From positions 744,001 to 808,000 of the forward strand of contig NMRA01000148.1 in the NCBI GenBank assembly GCA_002633005.1: 64,000 bases of DNA, written 5' to 3'. The notes below the pieces were generated by a model that was given only the letters and a program-made list of their open reading frames with translations, did not search any database and was not told the origin of the DNA. This document shows positions 40,501 to 50,654 of the stretch, piece by piece. The position numbers and the translations under genes were made by a program. Position 1 is the stretch's first letter; the number at the start of each line of letters is the position of its first letter. Origin of the DNA: Phoronis australis. Taxonomy: Eukaryota > Animalia > Phoronida.

Positions 40501-43500
40501 GTGGCTACTGAATAGCTTTAGTAACCATTTTCCAATATTGTGGCGACATGATGAAATACGTCTTGTTGCTAGATGGCCAGATAGGGTAATTGATGAACAG
40601 CATTTTGATTTCATGAATTTAATGCAGTGGGATGTTTTCATTTTTTATAAATTCTTTGGGAACATTATGCTATTAAATTGCCACTGTTGCATTTTGGGAT
40701 ATTTGAACGATTCACACAAAAATGTCAAACATCTCAAAATGCCCATGAATGAAACAAATGTGTATTACTGGGTTCCATTTAAGTGCATGATGAAAATATT
40801 GAGTAAAGATCGCTTTTGGAAACAAAGAACCGTACCTTTATGTGGTAAGTGTACAGCTGTTTCATCCATATGTCATGGACTTGATTCACCACTGGGTGCG
40901 CCCTCTGCCGTTTGTAGAATAAAACGATAAAACAGTACCAAGGATTCCCTAAATCTAAATACACTGCACGTAGATCAAGTCCCGGATCTATGTTAAGACT
41001 AGGTCTGTGGACTGGGATCTCAATTGCTCCTCATACCCTGCGCTTTCATTTCTCGGGGTGTAGACTTGATGTACTGAAGTCCTTGTCAGAGATCTGGTGT
41101 AGATCTCTGGTGTGCTCTTGGACAGCAGTAATAGGTGTGATGTTGGGGTTACGATGATCCTTAACCCTGGTCGATAGCTGGCAACCTGTCTCACCGATAT
41201 ATTTTCAGCACACTCACCACACTTGTATTCGAAGATCACACCACACCTCTTGAGGGGAAGTGACACATCTTTCACTGATGGGAGGATGGACCGAATAGTG
41301 TTAAACGCTTTGTGAAACGACTTGATGTTGTGTTTATGGTAGATAGTCTGAATCCTTTTGGAGACGCCTTTGACATATGGAATATATGCAGAAAAGTTGA
41401 TGATCGGAGAATTAGGGGGGTCACTCTGTTATGGTCGTTCCTCGTTACATCCATCAAACATCCAGCAATGCTCGTTTCACTTGACGAACCTCAGCTCCCC
41501 TTTCGTTGTCATAAGAAACAAGTTTCTCGGCTCTGTTGAGTATAGTCAGTACTACTGATCGTTTGTTAGACAGATGGTGGTACTGTTTTTATTGTTTTAT
41601 TCTACAACGACAGAGGGTACATCTGGTGGTTAATCAAGTCCATGGGATATGGACGAAACGGCTGTACACTTACCACATCAAGGTACGGTTCTTTGGTTCT
41701 AAAAGTGATCTTCACTCAATATTTTCAATGAAAGAAATAGCATTTTTCCCCTATCAACTCAGCACGTCTTGTACCCCAAAGTTAGAAATTGAGTCAAATG
41801 AGTGATGCTATTATGATCTCACAATTTTAAAGAGTTGTTTGTAGATTGTTTCTCATTCGTTGTGTTCTTTGCAGAGGACAAACACCTTTATTGATGTTGG
41901 GGCAGTACGGAAAGGAAAATGCGGCAGCCATATTTGAACTTTTCCGAGAGTCGATGCCGGACTACCCGCTGGATCATCAGGACCCTGATGGAAACACTGG
42001 TATGTGGTGCTTATGCAGTTTTGACATTCCAGTCTTGTTGATTAATTTCATATCTGTGTCATGATAATCTTTGTGTTAAAGATATATTCAACATTTAAAT
42101 GACTGGGGTAATATTCAAACCATGGACTGTTTAACACTCACCACTGTAGGATCCTTACAATGGAAGTTGAGCCGTTACCACTTACACAAAAGGCTTGCTG
42201 GTGACACCAAGAACTTCAGTCCTTACAGCTGATGCAATGCAGGCATTTAAGAATAATGTCATGTAAGGGTTTAATTGTTGCCCCTGAATTACAAGAAATT
42301 TATTGTCATCTTGGATAGGAATATTTTAGCATGGTGATAAGAGGTGACAAATAGCTATTACATCTGTGAGCAAATCCTGACCCTCGCTTATATGTAACAA
42401 CAATTTCGGGTCGACTTTGGATTGAAGTGAGGAATCACTCTGCACGCGGTGTAAGGTCTGGAACCAGGATAATGACTAGAGTGAGGTGCACAAACATAGG
42501 GAACACTTCATATTCCTTCAGTGCAGCTATACAGATGTGACTCCTTTCTGGCGTGAATCTAGGTGGAATTGAAAATTCTTGCATTACATTAACCTTGTTG
42601 CAGCCTCTAGCATCTAGTCGGCTTTGTGCAAGCCAAAGATACAGCAATTCTCCTATTTAGCATAAAATATGGCCGACAATTGAAATTATGTTTTACTAAA
42701 TTTCTCTACAAATTAAAATAAATGTTAAGAACATTTTTAGTATACTATAAGCATGGTTTGCAGTGTGTAAACATTATCATGCAACATTTGTCAAAGTTCA
42801 CTCTGTTAGCAAAAAGGTAAATCAGCCATTGAAAAATGGAAAAAATTATCATTTTGTGAATTATTTTTTTGCAAAATAAGTGGAGAATTTTAGATAATTG
42901 GCTTGCTTGTTGTAAAAGTAGATAATGTTGAACCATTTACATGTACCCGTAGGAACAAGGAAAGTTATTATCTGATTTTCTGCACTGCTTTGTTGTCTAG
43001 ACTACCACTAGATGTATTGGTTCACGCCAGTGAACATGAGCTCCAAGTTGGAATTATTCTTGACTCCAGTTCCAGAAACTACGACATGTGGTCACTTCAA
43101 GCCTGTAAACATTCTATTTGTCTTCCAGTTCTGCTGTTAGCCTACACCAATGGTAACAGTAACCTTTGCCGGGCCATTGTTCGTGCCACACCCTGTCTGG
43201 GTATCCCCAACAAGCAAGGCATGTCCATTTTCAATGCACCTGTAGCAACAAAGCAGCTGTTGTTCAAACTTCTAGGTAAGCTTAGCACCCATGATTAAAG
43301 GTGCTATGAATCAGCCTTCTGTTAAAACAATTTTTCAGACCACTTACTGCTGCAAACTGTGTCTCAGCTTGTTCCTCTCTCAGATTAGGTGTTAATTCTG
43401 TGCTAGGCTGCTAGTGGAATATCTCTAACCCACATAAAACCTGTAGGCTATGCCAGACGTATTAAATTTTTACAGCAGATATCATGTCTCTATTGTGTGA

Positions 43501-45265
43501 TGGGAAATAAAATTTTTTAGAAAAATCTTCCTCGGATATAAATCATGTAACGAGTAATGCAATATTCTGTGGGCATCTACTTAGGATGGTCCTAAGGCTT
43601 CTGAAAATTTGATTTAGTTTAAAGTTTTCCTGTCTTGCAATGAGAAGATTTGGAAGGAGTTGCATTTTCTTTGTTTCACTAGCTCTTGGCTGTCAGAAGT
43701 CATGGTTTTGTTGAAACTGTAGAACAGCTTACTTTTTCTTTCAGACATGTTATCGACGGAGCCTCCATGGAGTGAAGGGGACAATTGTCTAGAATGTGGA
43801 ATTAAATTTTCTATTAAGACTAGGAAGCACCACTGGTAGGTCACTCTGCATGCAAAACATTGGCTTAGTTTAGGGACTGTTTTATAGATATTCTAAATTT
43901 GATAAATTCATTGAAGAGAAATGTAGGGCCATAGGTACTGGAGCGAGTGGCAGAGTTTACATTTTTCCTGATAATTGCCATTTTGTGATGAGTGGCAACA
44001 TAATGAAATATTCTATATTACAAGACGGTGACAGAGAGCTTGATTGATAATGGAAGGAGGGGCGATACCTTCAAGCTGAGTATGGTAATTCTTCACTTAT
44101 TAGTCAGGGTGTGCCAAATAATCTGATCTGAACATACAAACTTTGTAGTTGATGGGTCTGCAAAATTAAATGAGTAGCCAACTGTCACTGTGTGAATTTA
44201 GCAAAATGCTGCCTGCGGGTTCCCAATGTGATCCAATTAACAGTAAATTAAATTACTTCATCCTGTTCCAATATAAGAGTACTTCAACCCGTCATTGGTA
44301 AAAATTCTTTTAGCACTTAACTAAGTGACAACACACTCATCCAGGTCTCATCTTTCACCTCATATTTACAATTGGATGAGATACCCATATTCAAATGGAT
44401 GATTTAAGTGATAATTATACAATTTTTGGACCTTATTAAAATGGGTAAAGAGGTGTGGATTACTACAATTAATGACTAGGCTTTGCGTTGGTATTTTCCG
44501 AAGTGCATGACTGACTTTGTGCAAATGAGGTGAGGCAAGAAATTCCCTAAAAGTAGCTTTGTGCTAAACAAGTGAGGGACAATTGTTTTTTTTTTTTTGT
44601 AAATAATTTTGGGTGTACCAAATGAGATAACTGTTTCATATAAATGGAGAAAATGTACATTTTATAAAGCAGAGTTGATAAGCCACAGGTTTATGTGTCA
44701 AACTTTTCTGTGGTAGAAACGGAACATTTAGGGCATTTGCAGTACACATAGATTGCCTCTTGCCTCCTTATGACACTACATGCCAAGTGCCAACATAGCA
44801 AAGAAAATTTTGATACCAAGTTCTGCATTTTGTACTCGAAACTCAATTCGAAAATTGACTACCTGTATTTCACATTTTACTCTTATCATGCAGCAAGATC
44901 GGTTAAGCTTTGAGTCTGGCTAAAGTGAAGTCTGAGCTCAGAGATTAGGCCCAGATAGTTTGAGTTGATGGCAGCGTGTTGGAAGAAATGATTCCTAACA
45001 ATTGTAATGCATGATCTCCATGGTCCAATTATTTTATATTATATTTTTGTGATTATTTAAAAAAATACCACTTGTGTTTTAACAAAAAAATTGAATTTGA
45101 CTTGGGTCAGTTAATCCCATTTTTTGTTTCAGTCGCCACTGCGGACGTTTACTCTGTGCTAAGTGTTCAGACAAAGACATGCCGATCATCAAGTACAACC
45201 AGACGAAACCAGTGCGCGTCTGCGAAATCTGCTTCGATGTTCTGTCATTAGGATCTGCCAGTTAG
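7332..45265 (+). CDS. ANKFY1: Rabankyrin-5 / ankyrin repeat and FYVE domain-containing protein 1, spliced gene span (22 coding exons; first exon not located)
   Basis: Exons joined at GT-AG sites total 3461 nt, entering in phase 1 and ending at TAG with every junction in phase (about 1150 aa). The translation is collinear with ANKFY1 as recalled: EVVKLQNHLSLLREEYVKLQ, BTB (AHRFVLAARS), many TPLH ankyrin repeats, and a FYVE domain with WxxGD, RKHHCRHCG and PVRVC. Confidence 0.96.
8573..8686. repeat. 15-bp tandem repeat (TTTAACATTTATTTA), about 7.5 copies
   Basis: Perfect tandem copies seen directly. Confidence 0.95.
9077..9223. repeat. 51-bp tandem repeat, about 3 copies
   Basis: GAACACTGTGTTTATTAAGACCATGCCCATGCCAGTATGCATGGGGTTAGT repeated. 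Confidence 0.92.
9688..9806 (+). CDS. ANKFY1: ANKFY1 exon (BTB)
   Basis: tttcag|...|gtgtgt; DLVVKVPNGEIKAHRFVLAARSDYWGVDNLSTVSELDFT. Confidence 0.9.
10976..11111 (+). CDS. ANKFY1: ANKFY1 exon (BTB)
   Basis: tgcag|...|gtatgt; VPGDVAHCLLKWVYTD...RLTVLKE. Confidence 0.92.
11238..11890 (+). mobile_element. Penelope-like retroelement remnant (GIY-YIG endonuclease region) with inverted terminal repeats
   Basis: KPINNLRSLLVRPKD...CGVIYQLKC...TYTRETKRPFLTRFKEH; 108-bp inverted repeats at 11277-11384 and 11782-11889; GTCTGCGTA direct repeat at 11229-11237 and 11891-11899. Confidence 0.85.
12214..12337 (+). CDS. ANKFY1: ANKFY1 exon
   Basis: ttgcag|...|gtaagt; CETALMSSVNVRNCIKLYQTAEE...ISSHW. Confidence 0.93.
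14178..14327 (+). CDS. ANKFY1: ANKFY1 exon
   Basis: gttag|...|gtaaca; DDFTGDDFASMPAPLLY...REDVVFLYLIEYDSQ. Confidence 0.93.
14822..15094. mobile_element. Harbinger-like MITE (~270 bp); related copies near 15510-15765, 26041-26275, 28740-28880 and 7785
   Basis: Imperfect TIRs GGCCCGTTTCATGAAA...TTGGTCTT and AAGACCAA...TTTCATGGATTAGGCCC, with CAG on both flanks. Confidence 0.65.
15510..15765. mobile_element. Second copy of the 14822 MITE family
   Basis: GGGGTCTGTTTCATGA...TTTGGTCTTA and TAAGACCAAATTT...AAATAGACCCC inverted ends. Confidence 0.55.
15981..16146 (+). CDS. ANKFY1: ANKFY1 exon (ankyrin)
   Basis: atttag|...|gtgcgt; LPGKLNEIDNHGDLPLDLAL...LLHKAIKR. Confidence 0.92.
16493..16697 (+). 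CDS. ANKFY1: ANKFY1 exon (ankyrin)
   Basis: cctag|...|gttaat; DEFSAKFIIENNANVNA...ETALHMVA...NAQDSAG. Confidence 0.92.
17229..18302 (+). mobile_element. Helentron-associated non-autonomous element (HINE/DINE-1-like) with internal tandem array
   Basis: 5' ATGCGCCCACA and 3' TGTGGGCGCAT subterminal inverted repeats, a (CCGT)n microsatellite, about four 145-160 bp tandem units, a 3' hairpin CAACGCTCCGCGTTG and T-rich flanks. Confidence 0.75.
18365..18445 (-). mobile_element. Possible tRNA-derived SINE head
   Basis: Minus strand has an A-box-like TGGCCTAGTGG and a degenerate B-box GGTTAATATCCC at tRNA-like spacing; no complete cloverleaf. Confidence 0.35.
18561..18775 (+). CDS. ANKFY1: ANKFY1 exon (ankyrin)
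   Basis: tcacag|...|gtaatg; TPLHRAIS...LDLELQNADGEAPLWLAL...AARLITRGS. Confidence 0.92.
18999..19586 (+). mobile_element. Decayed Penelope-like remnant with inverted terminal repeats
   Basis: Diverged ~100-bp inverted repeats at 18999-19100 and 19481-19586; the internal peptide AVTDHVFVNNHVIDQDNIK resembles the end of the Penelope endonuclease. Confidence 0.65.
20116..20213 (+). CDS. ANKFY1: ANKFY1 exon (ankyrin)
   Basis: tttcag|...|gtaagc; DSLLHLATRGKMEPAALFLAEHGAQINLANKK. Confidence 0.92.
20779..21022 (+). CDS. ANKFY1: ANKFY1 exon (ankyrin)
   Basis: gttcag|...|gtatag; GESPLHLASQNGL...QTPLHLAIANNHEGVVKVFLQHK. Confidence 0.92.
21722..21974 (+). CDS. ANKFY1: ANKFY1 exon (ankyrin)
   Basis: tttcag|...|gtaaaa; NLKDSQDQTALGVALWTGMH...SALFLLEHQADIN. 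Confidence 0.93.
22669..23062. repeat. 197-bp tandem duplication
   Basis: 22669-22865 and 22866-23062 are near-identical (one difference seen, GATGC vs GACGC). Confidence 0.92.
24125..24293 (+). CDS. ANKFY1: ANKFY1 exon (ankyrin)
   Basis: gtgcag|...|gtaagt; DTPFQLAI...GNCPLWQALEMGQEDIASIM. Confidence 0.92.
26554..26672 (+). CDS. ANKFY1: ANKFY1 exon (ankyrin)
   Basis: ttctag|...|gtattg; VQHNCDTNMWGAGPDGCYQTLLHRALDENNEPVACFLIR. Confidence 0.93.
27216..27372 (+). CDS. ANKFY1: ANKFY1 exon (ankyrin)
   Basis: ttccag|...|gtgagt; GCDINSPRRPG...QTPLHIAATWG...NADINAQ. Confidence 0.93.
28071..28271 (+). CDS. ANKFY1: ANKFY1 exon (ankyrin)
   Basis: atttag|...|gtagat; DADGNSPLHVAI...WTPFATAMMTKNNKAAQAIL...AAEQ. 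Confidence 0.93.
29495..31052. mobile_element. Non-autonomous Kolobok-like DNA transposon (1.56 kb)
   Basis: TTAA|AGAGACTTGGAACG...CGTTCCAAGCCTCT|TTAA: 14-bp TIR with 1 mismatch, AG...CT termini, TTAA duplication. Confidence 0.75.
31478..31654 (+). CDS. ANKFY1: ANKFY1 exon (ankyrin)
   Basis: ctttag|...|gtaagt; VDSRGRNFLHIAIQKKDIESVLFLISVHAN...EIIVRNL. Confidence 0.94.
32870..33017 (+). CDS. ANKFY1: ANKFY1 exon (ankyrin)
   Basis: ttgcag|...|gtgggt; VLAGASIDEVTMNKQTALHLAA...DDNLNN. Confidence 0.92.
33817..33889. repeat. 18-bp tandem repeat (TGACCATCTATACTTTAC), 4 copies
   Basis: Perfect tandem copies. Confidence 0.95.
34191..34281 (+). CDS. ANKFY1: ANKFY1 exon (ankyrin)
   Basis: ttttag|...|gttggt; LHVAVQGGNLNAVRTLLTESRVNATAINM. 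Confidence 0.92.
37137..38201 (-). CDS. Class A (rhodopsin-like) GPCR with uninterrupted CDS, orphan, nested antisense in an ANKFY1 intron
   Basis: 354-aa ORF from the ATG at 38201. It has N-terminal glycosylation sequons (NGT, NET), seven hydrophobic segments, TM1 GTFVN, ICL2 KPMHY, TM4 Trp, TM6 CWLP, TM7 PVIY, a basic helix 8 and a Ser/Thr-rich C-tail. Confidence 0.85.
   Translation of the reverse strand: MFRLTNGTNETQQVCMDIMGLHIATEGIGVTGTFVNITAIVILINIKKKKAMIGLLFSLSVAGLVMSASVLTFAIGRPTTVCARWIGIYGVPFEMEDYMTLFEVFKRCCTMVALYIEVMTLGAMTFDLLIASWKPMHYPLIVTKKRVRIWISLTWLFPNAEMLVYLFLISSSKQYEYNLEIVMTVLAIISSLVFVLIVITYTGVCLQLRRHQQMAEAAAQTNKMTFKSKATIAVIIDSYALCWLPFAFNTIIVQHSKLQQVDITKDVALINWLQCATALAAFSSVCMPVIYIARDKSAKRSLLQLVRKLRRTGSTGHQSSSGREGQLTTSRGQHEQENGKSENVACPEKLKTRV
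39836..40082. repeat. 41-bp AT-rich minisatellite, about 6 copies
   Basis: CAATAAAGTTTTATTTATAATATGTAT(T/C)AACCCACTATATT units. Confidence 0.92.
40791..41727 (-). mobile_element. Penelope-like remnant (frameshifted linker/GIY-YIG region) with inverted terminal repeats
   Basis: ~150-bp inverted repeats at 40791-40940 and 41578-41727; minus-strand IPYVKGVS...CGVIFEYKCGEC...IGETG-like peptides. Confidence 0.8.
41875..41999 (+). CDS. ANKFY1: ANKFY1 exon
   Basis: ttgcag|...|gtatgt; GQTPLLMLGQYGKENAAAIFELF...YPLDHQDPDGNT. Confidence 0.93.
43129..43275 (+). CDS. ANKFY1: ANKFY1 exon
   Basis: ttccag|...|gtaagc; LLLAYTNGNSNLCRAIVRA...VATKQLLFKLL. Confidence 0.93.
43745..43835 (+). CDS. ANKFY1: ANKFY1 exon (FYVE, first part)
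   Basis: tttcag|...|gtaggt; MLSTEPPWSEGDNCLECGIKFSIKTRKHH. Confidence 0.93.
45133..45265 (+). CDS. ANKFY1: ANKFY1 last coding exon (FYVE, second part; stop TAG)
   Basis: tttcag|; RHCGRLLCAKCSDKDMPIIKYNQTKPVRVCEICFDVLSLGSAS*. Confidence 0.94.
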
Positions 45266-45430
45266 CAGGACTGCTGCTTGTGGTTAAGGAAAAGATGCAA
45301 ATTGCACGCAGAATTGTGCAGGGTAAATTTTGCATATGTCCCAGTAGGCCGTGTCTTTTAAAACATGACTCATAGATTATCATATATGATAAACTATGTA
45401 ATGTCAAAACTTGCCTTTAAACTTTAACTA

Positions 45431-45704
45431 TGATAAAATCTCACCAATTTAGAACACAACATGGCCTAGAAGTGAAATTTTATTTTCTCATTTTTTCATA
45501 AAAGATATGTAGCATCAAATTAATGCTTTATCATGTTGAAGTTCTGTACCATAGCTAGCCTCGGTAAATGTTTTGTGTACCATAGCTAGCCTCAGTAAAT
45601 GTTTTGAAAAAGTGCAGGCATTCACAACAAGACTTGAAACATTGAAAAATGAAAAAGGGCATTTGTGGCAACTATTTCTGTCTGAAATTGGTGAGATTTG
45701 ACTG
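45431..45704. mobile_element. Tc1/mariner-like MITE family (TIR CAGTAAAATCTCACCAATTT); copies at ~47119-47341, ~58516-58752 and a fragment at ~19728
   Basis: AAAATCTCACCAATTT...AAATTGGTGAGATTT inverted ends; TA-CAGT and ACTG-TA termini in the best copies; shared internal TGTACCATAGC and CATTCACAACAA. Confidence 0.6.
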
Positions 45705-46789
45705 TAGACTTAAATGTGAATTCAATAAAGAATTCATCATCCAGTGTAAGTTAAGGATGTTTTGAAAACATTGTGTATGCTGTTGTGGCTAGGCATCTCA
45801 CTCATTAGTTGGACATGATAGCATGAGTGAGACCAACTTTTGAAATGATTTATGTATAAATGTGCATTAGAGGATCTGTTATTTAGCATTGTTTCCTTGC
45901 TAATATTACCAAGTTCATATGGAATGTTAACTGCAGCAACATGCAGAAATGTGTAATGTAGTCTGACTAGAATTCATAGATATTGGTTAGTCTCAATTAT
46001 CAATCTTGGGGGGGGGTTTGAATAAGTGCCCACAGGTGCTCTTTTAATACTTAAAAGATGGAAGTCCTATCGGAGAGCTAAAGCTATTCAGAGCGAGTTT
46101 CCATCTCAAGTGTGCTGATCCCAAGTTGTGAAAGAAGGGTAACCAACTATCCCTTGTGAAAACAAAGTTATCACCACAAAAGTCCCGGAACCTTATGCGC
46201 CATTTATGTGCCAGACAGGGACTAGTTAGGTAGATCTAGTTGGTCTCTTTAAAAACTTGATTACCCGGAAGGCAAATTACGCATGATTTTTTGAGTGAGA
46301 ATAATCTGAAGCAGATAAGAGACCTTTAGCCATTTTACCAAATGTCATCCACCTGGTCTTGGCTATTATGGTCGTATCTTGAATTTCTGTTGGCAAACAA
46401 TTCATCATGGTGGTTTATGAAGGTGGGTTTTCAGTTTGAATGTGCATTGCCGTCATGCTGGCATTAAGGATGTTTAGCTGTTACAGAAAATAATGTGTTG
46501 CCTTCATAATCACTTAATTGCCTATGATTACCTTAGCTACAACTGGACTTAGACCTTTGCCGGATAAAATGGGCCTCTGCTTTGTACACGTTTCTCTGTG
46601 TTGACTCTTCTGTGTCGCTGATACACTCATAAATTTCTGTTGTTTAAGTTCTACTGTTCAGTTGTATGGAGCAAAGTTGGTTCAGGATTTCATTGTTGCT
46701 ATTAAATGTCTTATATAGTACAAGTATTCAGACAAAGTGACCCAAAATTCCCCATCTTGGCAGCTTGGCAGAAGCTAAATTCATTGTCG

Positions 46790-46965
46790 GAGTAGTCTCC
46801 CCTTGTGACCAAGAATGAATGGGGATTAACAGGAAAGTTAGTAAGGTGGCTAAGTCATAATGTAATGAGATTTTTGTTGCTGGAATAGTTATCACCAGTC
46901 ATTTTTGCTGTTAAGAAGAGGTCATGGCATAGAAACGGTACTTCGTCTGATTACTTTGGTCTAGC
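46790..46965 (+). repeat. Dispersed repeat, also at ~60235-60400 and ~13765-13825
   Basis: Shared CAG(G/C)AAAGTTAGTAAGGTGG(C/T)TAAG...TGTAAT core. Confidence 0.55.
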
Positions 46966-48230
46966 ACTGCGTGTACAGTAAATGATACATGTACCACTCA
47001 AAGCTGTGTTCATGTTCTTTTTTGGGTCACCAACGTCACTCAATTTTTATGAAGTAAATTCCTGTCCGAGCTCTGTTGTAGCAAAATACGCTATTGTTTC
47101 TCATTTGTCTTTAGACTATGGTAAAATCTCACCAATTTAGGACACAATATGGTCGACTGGTGAAATGTTTTCTAAATTGTTTTCAAATAATTATCACAAA
47201 TTAAAGGCTGTGTCCAGTCTTTAAGTTGTATGCCATAGCTATTGTTGTCCTGTTTTGTGAGAAACTGTGAACATTCACAACAATGAAAAGTCTTAACAAA
47301 ATGAAAACAAGTCTACTGGATGAAATTGGTGAAATTTTAGCTTAATTTAGTTTGTTAGGTATGTTTACATTGAATAGTTGTAGTTTCATAGACTGAGCTG
47401 CTCATTGGACTTAATTGTTTTGAAATGATGCAGTGTGGTTGGGTTTAATCTAATGATAAACTTTGTGTTGTATTTGTCCTTCTTTCAATCGGAGTAAGTA
47501 GATTCATGAATAATGTGATTCTTAAGGAACCACTATGTTTTTGAGGGTGTTTTGGGGCATTTTTTTTTTTCTACTCTGTTTTTTTCTGTGAAAATAACAA
47601 ATTCTCAAACAGGAAGTGTGACGCAGTGAAAATCTCAGTTGGTTGACTATTGGTAATGTGTTCTGATAACTGCTATCAGTGGCCAGGGTGGCTGCCAATT
47701 TTTGGACTCAACCTCGGTACTTGAGCAGTGATGCCACTAACAAGTGATTTATTAAACAACACAGTATTTGTATTGTGAGACTTGTTTATAGTTCACATTT
47801 TCTGTTTGGAGAATATTGCTTATTTTATTGAAAATGACTAAAAAGGTTCAAAGCCTTTTAAAGTAAGATATGCCAAATTGGGCAATAGTTACTCATACAG
47901 CAGTCCTGGATTTTGAGAACAGGTTTTAAGCCCATTATTCAGTAGAGCAAACTCAGGTTCTCAAAATGCGGGACCTCTACAAGTGAATGCTACCTTAAAT
48001 TGACCAAAAACGTCTACAAAAAAGTTGCTTTCCTGTTTAAGACAGTCGCAGATAGAGAGGGCAATGTTGAGTGGTACAAGACCTCTTTAGTTCACTGCAT
48101 TTTGTCAGTAGCAGTCAGATATTGTAGAACGTTCCATGAACTAGAATTCATTCAAATGAATTAAGTCAGAGTTCTTCTAGTTAAAAGCATGAAGGTTTTG
48201 AGACATCCAGTTGAGGTATCAAAATGTAGA

Positions 48231-48336
48231 AAAAACTCAAGTTGAATACTGGAATTTGCTTACTTGAGTTAGCGACGTTGTGTCCGTATCTCACGGACGT
48301 AAGTAAGCAAATTCCAGTATGCGACTTGATTTTTTT
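48231..48336. repeat. ~35-bp inverted repeat (hairpin)
   Basis: TCAAGTTGAATACTGGAATTTGCTTACTT ... AAGTAAGCAAATTCCAGTATGCGACTTGA. Confidence 0.8.
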
Positions 48337-50553
48337 ATTATTAGTTCTTCATGTTGTACAATTATGTTCAATTGGCAAAGCCAATTTTTTATTAATCCCA
48401 CAACCTCCAGTTTAGATTAGTTCCAGTGGTAGTCGTTTGTATTTGTTAGTAATTTATTAGCACTTTAAGCAGTCATAGTCCGATTTAGGAGCCCTCCTCT
48501 GGAGATTACCAGAAAGCCATGGCATGCCATTTTTAAGGTTAACATGAACAAAACTGTGGTTGTGCACCCTGTTCTTGTGGCATTCTAGATCTGCCAGTGA
48601 CAGTTTCCTGTTTTGTAAAGTAGAGCATCTTGAGTTGTGCTCAGAGTGGCTGTTGCATGATGACATCCTACATCTTTGAGCCAGTGTAATGCGCAGTCAG
48701 CTTGCCCCAGCAAAATGACGTGCATTTATGGTCTTGCAATGGAAAAGGTTTGTCATTGCTTTCCGATGGTATGATGTTGAATGGCCAAATCATTTACTAA
48801 AAAGCATATATTTGGCGAGTCAGACTTTTCTGACCAGTCAGTGAATAAGGCCCTATGACTCACTAGACTTTTATGCTTTTTAGAAAGTGATTTAGCCATT
48901 TAACATTTACGGTATTATCACTTCTGTAGGTCTGTGCTTACATACATATGACGTTGCACCTTCATGTTCCAACAGCCAATCAGAGAGACCAGACCTACTT
49001 TGTGTTCAGGTTTTAGTGCTCCTATTAGAGTTAGATACTACACATTACTGTTGGTAAGTAGTGTTTGTGTACGTAGCTTGGTCAAAAAGGAATTAAGGAA
49101 CTAACTGAGTGTAAAATTTCCCTTAGATTTTCTGAAATCAGTGCCAGAGCAGGTTCGAATTGGGAATCTGCGTTCGCAGCCTAACACTCTACTTATGAGA
49201 TAGATTGCACTGGATAAGTGATGCGAGTACTTTCAGCTCATTTAACTGGTAGACATCGGCATTGTGTGATAAAATAACAAGAACTCAATAGATTCCATAG
49301 CTCTGGTCAAACCTAACTACGTCCACCGATAATCCCAAAATAATGCATTTTTGAAAGTAAATGCCACTTTAATACTACCATCACTTTTTCCTGCGGCAAA
49401 TGCGCCGAATGACTTTCGATCATTCATTTCTCAGTGGCTGGACATGAGTTGGAGCTACACCGTGTCTATGGTCAACAGATGGCGTCAAGTTTCTACAGTG
49501 GAAATTTCTATCTGAGCTATTGCCCATTTGTTTGGACACGGCTTTTTTGACTATTAAAGTTACGGTAGTGTTAGTGGATGCTATGTTAGTTATATTGTTT
49601 TAATGCCAGTGATTGTCCACCTTGTTATTTATTGATGTATGTGTATGTGGCTTAATAGAAACATATCCCACAGTTACAAACCCGCTGTTTATTCTCTGGC
49701 TGCTATAGACTAGAAGAGTGTTCAGCTTCCAACACTTATCACAACCACAGTAAGCAGTTTATGTACACAGAAAAGGCAGGAATGGAGCAGACATTTTTTC
49801 AAAATACGTACTGTGTATTTACAAATCAAGACAAGTGACGTAGTGCTCACAATAAAACCCAACATAAAAGGAACGTGCCCAATATTAAGTCAAGATTAAC
49901 TCTGAAATTTAACCTGAAGTGACATTTTTTTAAATTCTCAGAATTCAGTCAAAGTCTAATACCTGATAAATTTTGTCCAACGGAAATTTAGGGAGTCCAC
50001 AATGACTCGCTGTACCACAGACTGTATTTATTTTTCCAGTACATCCAAATAGATTGCTTGTTGCTTTCCCACAGATGTAAAAATAGTGGAAGGTTGTGCC
50101 ACTTATTGACATAAAATACTTTCTGACTGGTACTGACTTCTAAGAGAATAATCTGCCCGTAATCTGAGTACTCGACTGAAGGTATTTTTCAACATCAACA
50201 GATATGGAAAGAAAACTAGGCAGAAACAAAAAATAATACAGCACCCAATTGTTGAAAACGAGACTTGAAAAACATCCACCTTGGGTTAAGCTTGGGTAAC
50301 ACCCAACAACAAGTTTCACAATTTAAATACGATTAAAAATATGACAAAGATGAAGCTAAATTAATAGCAATTACAACACAGGATAAAGAGTAATGGATTC
50401 CACACCATATGAACGACAGATGAAAAATTCCCCCATCCTTGTTTGAATGACTTTTAAACAATATCTGAGCAAGAAATAGATTCTATTCTGACAGGGTGTT
50501 TATTAGGCATGATACGCTTATATTTTTCTAAATCCATCCTTAATACAACATTT

Positions 50554-50654
50554 TCAGTATTCAATTTCATTCACATTTCGAGGTTTTTCGTCATCACTGG
50601 ACACACTGTAGATTGAGCCTTGTTTTTTCACAGACTTTTCTTTCTGCTCGCGGT
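50554..50654 (-). CDS. FAM216-like gene last coding exon (stop TGA)
   Basis: ttcctag|; REQKEKSVKKQGSIYSVSSDDEKPRNVNEIEY*. Confidence 0.7.
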
